From contig JBMTCO010000005.1 of the NCBI GenBank assembly GCA_049430945.1, positions 1,001-65,000 of the forward strand: a DNA stretch of 64,000 nucleotides. Reading direction: 5' to 3'. This stretch comes from Cyclobacteriaceae bacterium. Its GTDB lineage: Bacteria; Bacteroidota; Bacteroidia; Cytophagales; Cyclobacteriaceae. Below the pieces are notes generated by a model. That model saw only the letters and a program-made list of their open reading frames with translations. It searched no databases and was not told the origin of the DNA. Position numbers and translations under genes: made by a program. Below, in pieces: positions 9,529 through 19,942 of the stretch (its first letter is position 1; each line of letters opens with the position of its first letter).

Positions 9529-10800
9529 TCAGAGCAAATCCTGCCCTATATCAGACCGGAAATATACGCCATCCCATGAAATAGCAGAAGCGGTTTCATA
9601 GGCTTGTCGTATTGCAGTCTGCAAATCAGGCCCTCTCCCTGTTGCAGAAAGGACCCTGCCGCCATCTGTTATCAGTTTTTCCAATTTCAGTGCGGTGCCG
9701 GCATGAAACACAAGACTGGATGCCGGAGCATTCCACCTTATTTCATTTCCTTTTAAATATTCTCCCGGGTACCCTCCTGAAACCATAGAGATAGTAACAG
9801 CGAAATCAGAGGAAGCAGATGCGGATTTTCCTCCCAGCGTTCCTTCGGCTGTAGCAATAAGCAGTTCCGTAAGATCTGCGTTAAGCCTTGTCATTACTAC
9901 CTGTGTTTCAGGATCTCCCATACGCGCATTGTATTCGATTACAAATGGCTCTCCCTGAACATTAATTAATCCAAAAAAGATAAAACCTCTGTAGTCAATC
10001 CCTTCCTCATGCAATCCTCTGATAGTAGGCTCGATTATTTTTTGTTTAATCTTTTCCATAAAAGAAGGTGTTGCAAAAGGAACTGGTGAAACTGCCCCCA
10101 TGCCGCCGGTATTGGGTCCTGTATCGCCATTGCCGATTCTCTTATAATCTTTAGCCTCCGGGAGCAACACATAATTTTTCCCGTCAGTGAGAACAAAAAC
10201 CGAAAGCTCGATCCCTGACAAAAATTGTTCAACGAGGACCCTTGATCCCGCCTCACCGAATTTTCCACCAGCAAGCATATCGGTCATCACTGATTTTGCC
10301 TCTTCACGGGAGGAGGTAATGATCACCCCTTTTCCTGCAGCAAGTCCGTCGGCCTTCAGTACGATGGGTAGCGAGCAGGAGTTCAGATAAGTCAAAGCCC
10401 GATTCAGTTCATCTGCATGAAACGTGTGGGCAGCCGCTGTAGGAATATTGTGCCGTTGCATAAAAGACTTTGAAAAGTCTTTGCTTCCTTCCAGCCGGGC
10501 TCCTGATTTTCCGGGGCCCACCATCAGAATATTTTTCAGCTCAGTCCGCTGCTGAAAGAAATCTCTTATTCCGTTAACAAGCGGTACTTCAGGTCCAACA
10601 ATGACCAGACCTATATGATGTTCCAGGCAGGCATTTGATAATCCATCAAAGTCATCCGCTTTAATATTGAGATTGGTACCCAGAGCAGTGGTGCCCGGAT
10701 TACCGGGAGCAAAAAATAAGGCCTCACACAACGGGCTGGAGGAAATTTTCCAAGCCAGTGCATGTTCCCGGCCTCCGCTTCCAATCAGTAGAATTCTCAT
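9529..10800 (-). CDS. purD: Phosphoribosylamine-glycine ligase
   Basis: MRILLIGSGGREHAL, LEGSKDFSK, KADGLAAGKGV, GPNTGGMGA, EYNARMGDPE. Confidence 0.97.
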   Translation of the reverse strand: MRILLIGSGGREHALAWKISSSPLCEALFFAPGNPGTTALGTNLNIKADDFDGLSNACLEHHIGLVIVGPEVPLVNGIRDFFQQRTELKNILMVGPGKSGARLEGSKDFSKSFMQRHNIPTAAAHTFHADELNRALTYLNSCSLPIVLKADGLAAGKGVIITSSREEAKSVMTDMLAGGKFGEAGSRVLVEQFLSGIELSVFVLTDGKNYVLLPEAKDYKRIGNGDTGPNTGGMGAVSPVPFATPSFMEKIKQKIIEPTIRGLHEEGIDYRGFIFFGLINVQGEPFVIEYNARMGDPETQVVMTRLNADLTELLIATAEGTLGGKSASASSDFAVTISMVSGGYPGEYLKGNEIRWNAPASSLVFHAGTALKLEKLITDGGRVLSATGRGPDLQTAIRQAYETASAISWDGVYFRSDIGQDLL

Positions 10801-10858
10801 GAATCTGAACAAGGTGTTATGGCCTGCAAAGATAGGCCATTCAATTCACCCGACAGAT

Positions 10859-13048
10859 TCAATTCGCGTACTCACTCAGAAATTTGATCCGCATTAACCG
10901 GATTTCTTCCTCCGAAAAGTCCTCGTTTACTTCATTTGCAAGTGCCTCCTCAATGCTGTCTGTTTCTGAATTCAGAAAATAATCGTGGATGGCCTCTTGT
11001 TTTTCCTCGTCAAGAATCTGATCGATATAGTAGTCGAGATTCAGTTTAGTGCCGCTATAACAGATATTTTCGATTTCCGACAACAGATCGGCAAAACTTA
11101 TGGATTTGGATTCCGCAATTTCCTCAAGATCAACCTTACGGTCAATTTGCTGAATGATAAAGACTTTAGTGCTGGACTTATTGACAGAAGATTTTACGAC
11201 CACTTCAGAAGCAGTCTCAATATCATTTTCGTCAACATACTTTTGAATTACCTCAAGAAACTCCTTGCCGAATTTATTCACCTTACCCATTCCAACACCA
11301 TTGACGGATGCTAGTTCCTCGCGGGTAGTCGGATAAATAGTCGCCATCTCTTCGAGAGACGGATCCTGAAAAATCACATAGGGGGGGAGTTCCTTTTCAC
11401 GTGCTATTTGCCTACGAAGTGTTTTGAGTATTTCAAACAGCCTGGCATCATATGCCTTTGCGACCGGTGCTTTCTCAATAGAATCCTCCTCCTCATCTGC
11501 ATCAGTTGAAAAATCGTGATCGCGCGAAAGCTCAATCGGATGTTGTTTAACAAGAAACTTCTTTCCTTTCTCTGAAAGTCTCAGCACGCCGATATTTTCT
11601 ATGTCTTTTTCCAGATACTGATAAATCAATGCCTGGCGGCCAACAGATTTCCAGAAATCATCATCCTCATCGGCACCGGCTCCGAATATTGAAAGGGTTG
11701 AGTGGCTGTAGCTTTTTACGTATTCATCCTCCACGCCTCTTACTACGTGTACGATGTGGTTAAGCCCAAATCGTTCGGAAGTCTGCTTGGTGGCTTCAAG
11801 AAATATTTTTACAAACTCAGTGCCGTCAAATCGCTCGCGCGGATTCACACAGTTGTCACACATTCCGCAGTTTTGCTCGGTATACTCTTCACCGAAGTAA
11901 TGGAGCAACTGTCTTCTCCGACACACCGGTGATTCAGCATAAAACTCCATTTCTTGAAGGAGAATTCTTGCGTTTTCACGCTCCTGAACAGATTTATCCT
12001 TATTGAATTTCTCAAGTTTATTAAGGTCGTTGTGGCTGTAAAACATAAGACAAACTCCCTCGAGTCCGTCACGGCCGCCACGTCCGGTTTCCTGGTAATA
12101 TCCTTCCAGAGATTTTGGAACATCATAATGAACCACAAAGCGCACATCCGGCTTGTCAATTCCCATTCCGAAAGCGATGGTTGCTACCACGATATCAACC
12201 TCTTCATTCAGAAAATCATCCTGATTTTTAACACGGATATCAGCATCAAGTCCAGCATGATACGGAACAGATTTAAATCCGTTTACATTGAGCAGCTGGG
12301 AAACCTCCTCAACTTTTTTTCTGCTCAGGCAATAAATGATGCCGCTTTTACCTTTATGTTCTTTAAGAAATCTGATGAGCTGTTTTTTTGTTTCCTTTTT
12401 AGGCCGGACTTCATAGAACAAATTCTTTCTGTTAAAAGAAGAGATAAAAACATCTGCTTCTTCCATCTGAAGATTTTTCTGAATGTCAATTTGCACCTTT
12501 GGGGTTGCCGTAGCCGTAAGTGCTATAACAGGAAGGTTACCAAGTTGCCCGATCATGGTTTTGATCTTTCTGTACTCCGGCCTGAAATCATGGCCCCATT
12601 CGGAGATACAGTGGGCCTCGTCAATGGCAACAAAAGAAATTTTTACTTTCTGCAGGAATGAAATATTTTCTTCCTTATTCAAAGACTCAGGTGCCACATA
12701 AAGGAGTTTTACTGAACCATTGATGCAATCTTTCCTGAGTGTATTGATCTCCGTTTTTGATAAGGTGGAATTGAGAAATCGTGCCTGGATTCCATAAGCA
12801 TTTAGGCTGTCGACCTGGTTTTTCATCAATGCAATAAGGGGCGAAATGACAATCGCCAGACCATCTAGAACCATTGCAGGTAACTGATAGCAAAGTGATT
12901 TCCCCGCCCCTGTGGGCATGATTACAAATGTATTTCTGCCGGAAAGGATGTTTTTTATAACAGGCTCCTGATTTCCACGGAAGGAATCATATCCGAATAT
13001 TTCCTTCAGCCTGGTTCTGAGCTGCTCCTTTTCTTCTGTTAAGACCAT
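10859..13048 (-). CDS. recQ: ATP-dependent DNA helicase RecQ
   Basis: PTGAGKSLCY, DEAHCISEWGHDFRPEY, Zn-binding CRR..CGMCDNC, RQC, HRDC and a Bacteroidota C-terminal domain. ATG 13048 chosen. Confidence 0.96.
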   Translation of the reverse strand: MVLTEEKEQLRTRLKEIFGYDSFRGNQEPVIKNILSGRNTFVIMPTGAGKSLCYQLPAMVLDGLAIVISPLIALMKNQVDSLNAYGIQARFLNSTLSKTEINTLRKDCINGSVKLLYVAPESLNKEENISFLQKVKISFVAIDEAHCISEWGHDFRPEYRKIKTMIGQLGNLPVIALTATATPKVQIDIQKNLQMEEADVFISSFNRKNLFYEVRPKKETKKQLIRFLKEHKGKSGIIYCLSRKKVEEVSQLLNVNGFKSVPYHAGLDADIRVKNQDDFLNEEVDIVVATIAFGMGIDKPDVRFVVHYDVPKSLEGYYQETGRGGRDGLEGVCLMFYSHNDLNKLEKFNKDKSVQERENARILLQEMEFYAESPVCRRRQLLHYFGEEYTEQNCGMCDNCVNPRERFDGTEFVKIFLEATKQTSERFGLNHIVHVVRGVEDEYVKSYSHSTLSIFGAGADEDDDFWKSVGRQALIYQYLEKDIENIGVLRLSEKGKKFLVKQHPIELSRDHDFSTDADEEEDSIEKAPVAKAYDARLFEILKTLRRQIAREKELPPYVIFQDPSLEEMATIYPTTREELASVNGVGMGKVNKFGKEFLEVIQKYVDENDIETASEVVVKSSVNKSSTKVFIIQQIDRKVDLEEIAESKSISFADLLSEIENICYSGTKLNLDYYIDQILDEEKQEAIHDYFLNSETDSIEEALANEVNEDFSEEEIRLMRIKFLSEYAN

Positions 13049-13081
13049 TTTTCGTTTACGTGCTTTAAGTACCAAATAATT

Positions 13082-13089
13082 TATCTTTG
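13082..13089 (+). promoter_or_regulatory. Bacteroidota -7 promoter box TATCTTTG (kdsD)
   Basis: Perfect TAnnTTTG. It contains the ORF-track TTG start, so the real start lies downstream. Confidence 0.6.
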
Positions 13090-13110
13090 CCCATTAAACG
13101 GGGCTTTTCA

Positions 13111-14079
13111 TTGAAAATACCAAAAAATATCCGGTCCATAGCGGTCAGGACCCTTAATAAAGAGGCGAAAGCCATAGAAAACCTGACGAACTGTATTGAC
13201 GGGGATTTCGAAGCCTGCGTCATGGAAATTTTTCGCTCCAGAGGGCGGGTTGTGGTTACAGGTATCGGAAAAAGTGCCATCATAGCCAATAAAATAGTAG
13301 CAACCTTAAATTCAACCGGAACGCCTGCATTGTTTTTACATGCTGCCGATGCCATACACGGGGATGTGGGTATGGTGCAGCCTGAAGACATCGTGATTTG
13401 CATTTCAAAAAGTGGTAATACGCCGGAAATAAAAGTGCTCACACCACTTCTGAAACGCAGGGGATCAAAACTTGTTGCACTTGTAAGCAATACTCAGTCG
13501 TATCTCGCAACCCATGCTGACTTTGTGCTCAATGCTACCATTGAGGAGGAGGCCTGTCCCAACAACCTGGCTCCTACTACAAGCACTACTGCACACATGG
13601 CCATGGGTGATGCACTGGCTGTCTGCCTTCTGGAGCTCCGGGATTTTTCAGGAGAAGATTTTGCAAAATTCCATCCGGGAGGTGCACTTGGAAAGCAGCT
13701 GTACCTGAAGGTGGATGATATTTATCCCGGCCATCAGTTTCCTTCCGTGAGATCAGAAACCGGAATAAAGGATGTTATTATTGAAATTTCTTCGCGGCGT
13801 CTTGGTGCTGCCGCGGTTACTGGTGAGAATGGAATCCTTGAGGGAATCATCACTGACGGCGACCTTCGTCGTATGCTTGAAAAGCATTCTGATCTTGAAG
13901 GACTGAAAGCTGCAGACATCATGTCAAAAAATCCAAGGACTGTTCAGAAAGGTGAATTTGCGGTGAGGGCACTTGAGATCATGCAAAAAAATAATATTAC
14001 TCAACTGATAGTTACTGAAGAAGACCGTGCGGTTGGATTCATTCATTTACATGATCTGTTAAAAGAAGGAATCGTTTAG
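13111..14079 (+). CDS. kdsD: KpsF/GutQ family arabinose-5-phosphate isomerase (SIS + 2 CBS)
   Basis: TGIGKS, STGTPA, HGDVG, APTTSTT, FHPGGALGK, CBS pair. Likely TTG start at 13111. Confidence 0.93.
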   Translation: MKIPKNIRSIAVRTLNKEAKAIENLTNCIDGDFEACVMEIFRSRGRVVVTGIGKSAIIANKIVATLNSTGTPALFLHAADAIHGDVGMVQPEDIVICISKSGNTPEIKVLTPLLKRRGSKLVALVSNTQSYLATHADFVLNATIEEEACPNNLAPTTSTTAHMAMGDALAVCLLELRDFSGEDFAKFHPGGALGKQLYLKVDDIYPGHQFPSVRSETGIKDVIIEISSRRLGAAAVTGENGILEGIITDGDLRRMLEKHSDLEGLKAADIMSKNPRTVQKGEFAVRALEIMQKNNITQLIVTEEDRAVGFIHLHDLLKEGIV

Positions 14080-14113
14080 GCAAACGATTAAAACAAAACA
14101 TTTAACCGGTTCG

Positions 14114-15196
14114 ATGATGGAAAAAAACAAAAACCTTTTTGTAGTCATAATGGCCGGTGGCGTTGGAGTCCGTTTCTGGCCGCACAGCAGAAATGCTCGG
14201 CCAAAACAATTTTTGGATATTCTGGGCACCGGAAAAACGCTCATCAGATCCACCTTTGAAAGATTTCTTCCGGTATGTCCTGCAGAGAATGTTCTGGTTG
14301 TTACCAGTCAGGAATATGAATCATTAACCAGGTCAGAATTGCCTGAGCTTCATCCTCAGCAGATTCTGGCAGAGCCGATGAGAAAAAACACTGCGCCTTG
14401 CATAGCCTATGCTGCATGGAAAATTCGGGAAAAAAACCCGGATGCAGTGATGGTTGTTAGTCCTTCAGATCACCTCATCCTGAACGAGCATGAATTTCAG
14501 ACCACCATTCAAAAGGCGGTTGAAAAAGCAGGTCAGGATAAACTTGTCACGCTGGGGATTAAACCAACCCGGCCGGAGACAGGCTACGGATATATACAGT
14601 ACCTGGAATCAAAGACTGCTCTGAAAAAAGTTAAGACCTTTACAGAGAAGCCTGAATTATCAATTGCTAAAAAGTTTGTTGAGAGCGGAGATTTTGTCTG
14701 GAACTCAGGGATTTTTATCTGGGGCGTTCAGGCCATATGCAATGCACTGGAGGCTCATACGCCTGACATTGCGGAATCAGTTTCAGAACTGGCCGGCCAT
14801 TTTGGAAAAACCTCAGAAGCAGGTGCGCTGATGAATGCATACGCACAGTGTAAGAGCATATCTATAGACTTTGGGGTGATGGAAAAAGCTGACAATGTCT
14901 ATGTTATGCTGGCATCCTTTCCATGGTCAGATCTCGGGTCATGGGGTTCTCTGCATGAAAATTCTTCAAGAGATTCAAACAACAACCATATTGAAGGCCT
15001 GGCTATGACCTATGATACCAGAAATAGTTTCATTAAAGGTCCTGATGGGAAACTTATGGTCGTTCAGGGGCTGAATGGTTATCTGGTCGGCTGGTTCAAC
15101 GATGTTCTGATCATTTGTGAGAAAGACAGGGAGGAGCTTTTCAGGCGTTATGTCAATGATCTGAAAAATCTGCATGACGGTTCCAGATTTATTTAA
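14114..15196 (+). CDS. Mannose-1-phosphate guanylyltransferase
   Basis: MAGGVGVRFWP..R..PKQF, EP..KNTAPC, PSDH, FTEKP, WNSGIF, SIDFGVMEK, WSDLGSW. Confidence 0.93.
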   Translation: MMEKNKNLFVVIMAGGVGVRFWPHSRNARPKQFLDILGTGKTLIRSTFERFLPVCPAENVLVVTSQEYESLTRSELPELHPQQILAEPMRKNTAPCIAYAAWKIREKNPDAVMVVSPSDHLILNEHEFQTTIQKAVEKAGQDKLVTLGIKPTRPETGYGYIQYLESKTALKKVKTFTEKPELSIAKKFVESGDFVWNSGIFIWGVQAICNALEAHTPDIAESVSELAGHFGKTSEAGALMNAYAQCKSISIDFGVMEKADNVYVMLASFPWSDLGSWGSLHENSSRDSNNNHIEGLAMTYDTRNSFIKGPDGKLMVVQGLNGYLVGWFNDVLIICEKDREELFRRYVNDLKNLHDGSRFI

Positions 15197-15936
15197 TCCC
15201 TTGCTGTCCGCTGGCGAACTGCCTCAAACAGTATTATCCCTGCTGCAACAGAGACATTCAAAGATTGTATTTTCCCCTGCATTGGAATTTTAACAAGCCC
15301 ATCGGCCTGACGCAATATTTCAGGCGCTATGCCATCTTCTTCTGAACCCATAATGAGCGCAAGCGGTCCTTCCATCGGAACGCTGTAAGCAAGTTCTTCT
15401 GCCTTTTCTGTGCAGGCAATCACACGAAGTCCTGAATTTCGCAATTCTTTAATTGACTGACGCAGGTCCTTGCTTCGACAAACCGGAACATAGTTCAGTG
15501 CACCTGCAGAGGTCTTCATGGCATCAGCAGAAACAGGGGCATTGCCCTTTTCAGGAATCACGATCGCGTCTATTCCGGCAGCCTCGGCGCTTCTGACAAT
15601 CGCTCCAAAGTTTCTTACATCTGTTATACGGTCCAGCACCAAAATGAAAGGATCCCTGCCGGTGGAGAAAATATTATGAACAATATTTTCAAGCGACTCA
15701 AAATGAACAGCGGATAAAGCCGCTACAACACCCTGATGATTTTTACCCGGAAAAGCAGATAGTTTTTGTGCCGGTGCAAACGTAAAACTAACATCACTGT
15801 CTTTGGCAAGCTGAATCAGCTCTTTGATAAGATCATTATTCAGACCACTCTGAATAAATACTTTATCAATATCACGGCCGGCCCTGATGGCTTCTATTAC
15901 GGCGCGAGTTCCGAAAATAAATTGTTTTTTATCCAT
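15193..15936 (-). CDS. rlmB: 23S rRNA (Gm2251) 2'-O-methyltransferase, TrmH/SpoU family
   Basis: NHQGVVA, LDRITDVRNFGAIVRS, GSEEDG, IPMQGKIQSLNVSVA. ATG 15936 chosen. Confidence 0.93.
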   Translation of the reverse strand: MDKKQFIFGTRAVIEAIRAGRDIDKVFIQSGLNNDLIKELIQLAKDSDVSFTFAPAQKLSAFPGKNHQGVVAALSAVHFESLENIVHNIFSTGRDPFILVLDRITDVRNFGAIVRSAEAAGIDAIVIPEKGNAPVSADAMKTSAGALNYVPVCRSKDLRQSIKELRNSGLRVIACTEKAEELAYSVPMEGPLALIMGSEEDGIAPEILRQADGLVKIPMQGKIQSLNVSVAAGIILFEAVRQRTARD

Positions 15937-15962
15937 GTAATAAGTGGAAGAGAAAAGGGGAA

Positions 15963-17126
15963 TTATTTCCGGCCTTTTCTCCATAGATCAATAGTGGAGA
16001 ACCAGGGTTGAGAAAAATTATTGTCGCGCTGTAAAAACCAGTTGTATGGTGCAAATACACTGCCTGATCGATGAAAAATAAATTTAGTTTTTATGCCTTC
16101 ATAATACCAGACCTCATTGGTGGTGTTGCGGCTGACTTCTGTTGGTGCTCCGAAAACAGTGAAAATCATTCCCATATCTGTTTTCCATCCTTCTTTATAT
16201 CCTGTGAAGTTTCGGTTTGCAAGTTCAATACCTTTATAATAGTTGCGCATGAACGTTTTAGCTCTTTCCGTATCCTTGGTTATACCCAGTATAACCTTAT
16301 CAAATCTGGATTTTTCGTTATTCACAGTTTTAAGGTCGCGTTGCTCTTCAGCAGTAGTAATATAAATCAGCGGTCCGGACAGGCCTGCGATGGTGTTATA
16401 CTTCGGGTAAGGCCCGCGTGCAACCACTACAGCCAGACCTGAAGCAGTTAAAGTATCCTCCTGAAACAAATAAAGGCCAGGCGACTTTGGGTTGAATTCA
16501 GATTTTTTCAAAACAAAAACCGAGTCAGCTTTTAGTACTTTTTCTTCCGGAGCATTGCGGGTAAAGGGCGGCGGAGCCGGCAGAAAAGATCTTTTGTAGT
16601 AGTACCCATAAAGCGGTCTGTCAGGATTAAAATTTCCGATTCTATAGCTATTCCCGGACTGTACGTACTCGCGCATTACAGGCAGATTATCTTGTATCAG
16701 ATAATGGGTCACCGGCCAGTTGGATTCAAAGGCAATGAAAAAACTGAAAACTCCCTGGGTAACAAGGTTTTTTATCTGAAGCACAGCGAACCAGGGTTTT
16801 TCTTCTGTAAGCTCACGGATTACACCGAGCCTCATTTTTTCAGATAACTGCAATACAGAATCTATTCCCCTGAAAGTTTCACCGCTGCGTGCATTAATAT
16901 TTGAGCGTCTTTCCCATGTTAATTTATAGTCCTCCGACTTGTATTCTTTTCTGAGCACATCCATGCGGTAATACACAGAAATGATATTACCGGTGCGTAC
17001 CGTTTTTGCCTGAAGTCCGATTTCAGCGTCAGGGTCGTAGAGGTAATTCAGATTGAATCCGGAAATTGCCTGAGCTGAAGCAACAGCGGGCAGAATCAGG
17101 ACCAGCAGAATAATTAGTCTGTTCAT
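15963..17126 (-). CDS. GWxTD domain-containing exported protein
   Basis: Signal peptide and C-terminal EGWKTDMGMIFTVFGAP motif. Confidence 0.85.
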   Translation of the reverse strand: MNRLIILLVLILPAVASAQAISGFNLNYLYDPDAEIGLQAKTVRTGNIISVYYRMDVLRKEYKSEDYKLTWERRSNINARSGETFRGIDSVLQLSEKMRLGVIRELTEEKPWFAVLQIKNLVTQGVFSFFIAFESNWPVTHYLIQDNLPVMREYVQSGNSYRIGNFNPDRPLYGYYYKRSFLPAPPPFTRNAPEEKVLKADSVFVLKKSEFNPKSPGLYLFQEDTLTASGLAVVVARGPYPKYNTIAGLSGPLIYITTAEEQRDLKTVNNEKSRFDKVILGITKDTERAKTFMRNYYKGIELANRNFTGYKEGWKTDMGMIFTVFGAPTEVSRNTTNEVWYYEGIKTKFIFHRSGSVFAPYNWFLQRDNNFSQPWFSTIDLWRKGRK

Positions 17127-17136
17127 AACCAATATG

Positions 17137-17144
17137 CAAATCTA
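17137..17144 (-). promoter_or_regulatory. -7 promoter box TAGATTTG (GWxTD gene)
   Basis: CAAATCTA on the + strand, 10 nt upstream of the ATG. Confidence 0.55.
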
Positions 17145-17224
17145 CATACACTTTACCGGCTTTCAGGTTTAGATTACCCTGGTAATCGCATTAAATCCTA
17201 ACTTCGGCTCTGAATTACGGATTT

Positions 17225-17998
17225 ATGGCTATTTACGCTACCGAAATTACAAGTGAAACAGACCCTTCCGACAGCCCGCTGCATCAGCGGTTGCTGAAGG
17301 CCTATGTAGTAGCCCGCGATATGGTTGAGGGAAATGTGCTGGAAGTAGGTTGTGGTGAAGGAAGAGGAATTGGATTATTGTTGGAAAAATCTGTCACATT
17401 TACGGCCATTGACAAAATCGGCGAATCAATCAGCAAACTGCGGCAGGCATATCCTTCGGCCACTTTTATCGATGCCTTTATTCCCCCTTTCAGGGGCATA
17501 GAAGATAACAGCATTGATACGCTTGTCAGTTTTCAGGTCATTGAGCATATCAATGATGATCTTGGCTTTTTGAAAGAGATTCACCGAGTGCTTCGTACGG
17601 GGGGAAAGGCCTTGCTGACCACACCAAACAGAACCTATACACTTTCAAGGAATCCCTGGCATGTGAGGGAATATACCGGATCTGAGTTGCTGACTCTGGC
17701 CGGAAAAGTTTTCAGCAAATGCCGTATGCAGGGCATTGTTGGAAACGAAAAGGTGATGGCTTATTACGAACAAAATAAAAAATCTGTCCGGCGAATTACC
17801 AGGTTTGATGTGCTTGATCTGCAGCACCGCCTTCCGGCCTCATTGCTGAAAGTCCCTTATGAAATCCTCAATCGGTTAAACCGCAAAAGACTTCAATCCG
17901 GAGATAACAAGTTGGTATCATCAATCCGTCATGAGGATTATCTTTTTCAGGATGATTTCGAGCATGCACTAGACCTATTTCTTACTATCACCAAATAA
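17225..17998 (+). CDS. Class I SAM-dependent methyltransferase
   Basis: Motif I VLEVGCGEGRG, SFQVIEH, TTPNR, NPWHVREY. Confidence 0.88.
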   Translation: MAIYATEITSETDPSDSPLHQRLLKAYVVARDMVEGNVLEVGCGEGRGIGLLLEKSVTFTAIDKIGESISKLRQAYPSATFIDAFIPPFRGIEDNSIDTLVSFQVIEHINDDLGFLKEIHRVLRTGGKALLTTPNRTYTLSRNPWHVREYTGSELLTLAGKVFSKCRMQGIVGNEKVMAYYEQNKKSVRRITRFDVLDLQHRLPASLLKVPYEILNRLNRKRLQSGDNKLVSSIRHEDYLFQDDFEHALDLFLTITK

Positions 17999-18029
17999 TA
18001 TTTTCACTAACTGACCTGACAATTAAAAT

Positions 18030-19934
18030 ATGAAAAACTGTACGGCGCTGATCATTATTTCCGTGGTTTTATTTTCCTGTTCCAGGAACAATGGTAAACC
18101 TGATGCTTATTCTATGAAGCAATTCATGGATATTATTTCCATCAATGGGGGATCATTTTCTCCTGATGAAAAACGTATTCTGATCAACACTAGGGAAACC
18201 GGGATTTTTAATGCAGTTGAAATTGACCTTGCAACAGGGAAACAAAAAGCCTTGACCAACTCGACCACAGACGCCATTCAGGCACTTGATTATTTTCCTG
18301 AAGATGACCGGTTTCTCTTCATCAGTGACAAAGGTGGAAATGAAATCAGTCATATTTATGTACAGGCGCCCGGCGGTGCAGTAACTGATTTGATATCAGA
18401 CTCGACTGCAAAGGCAACCTATATGGACTGGAGCCATGACCGCAAGTCCATTTATTTTCAGTCCAACAGCAGAGATAAGCGGTTTTTTGATCTCTACAGA
18501 GTAACAGTTGATGGCCCGGCCAAAGAAGGACAGGTATATCCTTCAACCCTTGTTTATACCAATGACAGAGGGCTAAATGTAAGCGCCATCTCACGTGACG
18601 GCAGATATTTGGCACTGACTGAGTCTGTCACCACAAATGACGGAAATATGTACCTCTATGATACGCAAGCGGGAACCGTAAAACTTCTGAGCGCACACAC
18701 AGGCAATATTCAGTATGATCCACAATACTTCAGTCCTGACGGCCGCAGCCTGGTATACCTGACAGATGAAGGCAGCGAGTTCATGTATCTGGCGACATAT
18801 GATCTGCTTACTAGTGAAAAAAGAAAACTTGAAGATGCGCCATGGGATATCCTTTATTCTTATCTGTCAAGAAACGGGAAATACAGAGTTGTCGCCATCA
18901 ATAACGACGCCAGGACAGAGATGAAAATTTATGACATGGCCGGCAATCTGATTACGATTCCAGAAATACCAGAGGGTGATATTACAGGCGTAACTATTTC
19001 AGACAGTGAGAACCTGATGGCATTTTACGTCAGCAGTTCCCGAAACCCAAGCAACCTTTATTTATACAATTTCATAACAAAAAAAGTTACCCGCCTCACC
19101 AGCACCATGTCAAAAGATATAGATCCGGATGACCTTGTAGAGGGAAGCGTGATCAGGTATAAATCTTTTGACGGAATGGAAATCCCTTCGTTGCTTTATG
19201 TTCCCCGCGGACTGAAAGATGGTGAAAAGGTGCCTGTCCTCTTATTGATCCACGGAGGTCCGGGTGGTCAGACAAGACTGAATTATTCCGGATATGTTCA
19301 GTACCTGGTAAATCATGGGTATGCCATTCTTGCAGTGAATAATCGGGGAAGTTCAGGATACGGAAAAAGTTATTATGCAGAAGATGACCGTAGGCATGGG
19401 GACGCAGACCTAAAGGACTGCATTGCTGCAAAAGATTATCTGGCCACGCTGCCGTTTGCAGACACCGACCGTATCGGAATTATGGGTGGCAGTTATGGCG
19501 GATACATGACTATGGCTGCGCTCGCCTTTGCCCCGGAAGAATTTAAAGTGGGTGTGAATCTGTTCGGTGTAACAAACTGGCTTAGAACATTAAAAAGTAT
19601 TCCGGCATGGTGGGGCTCTCAGCGAACGGCCCTGTACACAGAACTTGGTGACCCTTACAGTGCCGATTCCACAGCATTGTATAATAAGTCGCCATTGTTT
19701 TTCGCAACCCAAATCACAAAACCGTTTATAGTTTTACAAGGCAGCAACGACCCGAGAGTACTGCAAGTTGAATCGGATGAAATTGTAGAAGCAGCAAGAA
19801 AAAATAATGTTCCCGTAGAGTATGTAATCTTTCCAGACGAAGGCCATGGCTTTGTGAAAAAAGAAAATAATATCAAGGCCTATGAAAGTGTTCTGAGCTT
19901 TCTGGATAAATATCTGAAAGGCTCAAATCCATAA
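18030..19934 (+). CDS. S9 family prolyl oligopeptidase/acylaminoacyl peptidase (lipoprotein)
   Basis: Lipobox LFSC, beta-propeller repeats, HGGPG, nucleophile GGSYGG, NDPRV and DEGHGF catalytic Asp/His. Confidence 0.92.
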   Translation: MKNCTALIIISVVLFSCSRNNGKPDAYSMKQFMDIISINGGSFSPDEKRILINTRETGIFNAVEIDLATGKQKALTNSTTDAIQALDYFPEDDRFLFISDKGGNEISHIYVQAPGGAVTDLISDSTAKATYMDWSHDRKSIYFQSNSRDKRFFDLYRVTVDGPAKEGQVYPSTLVYTNDRGLNVSAISRDGRYLALTESVTTNDGNMYLYDTQAGTVKLLSAHTGNIQYDPQYFSPDGRSLVYLTDEGSEFMYLATYDLLTSEKRKLEDAPWDILYSYLSRNGKYRVVAINNDARTEMKIYDMAGNLITIPEIPEGDITGVTISDSENLMAFYVSSSRNPSNLYLYNFITKKVTRLTSTMSKDIDPDDLVEGSVIRYKSFDGMEIPSLLYVPRGLKDGEKVPVLLLIHGGPGGQTRLNYSGYVQYLVNHGYAILAVNNRGSSGYGKSYYAEDDRRHGDADLKDCIAAKDYLATLPFADTDRIGIMGGSYGGYMTMAALAFAPEEFKVGVNLFGVTNWLRTLKSIPAWWGSQRTALYTELGDPYSADSTALYNKSPLFFATQITKPFIVLQGSNDPRVLQVESDEIVEAARKNNVPVEYVIFPDEGHGFVKKENNIKAYESVLSFLDKYLKGSNP

Positions 19935-19942
19935 ATCCGTAA

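Noticed and set aside
11954-12661. 235-aa antisense ORF inside recQ, and similar shadow ORFs (e.g. 56897-57421, 58425-58892, 33596-34015)
   Set aside because: They lie wholly or mostly within well-supported conserved genes (antisense or in another frame), have no recognisable motifs, and are consistent with codon-bias shadows.
13087-13110. ORF-track TTG starts at 13087, 26242, 54254 and 59396, and the extension to 55672
   Set aside because: These starts fall in or upstream of TAnnTTTG promoter boxes, so the N-terminal extensions are unlikely to be translated.
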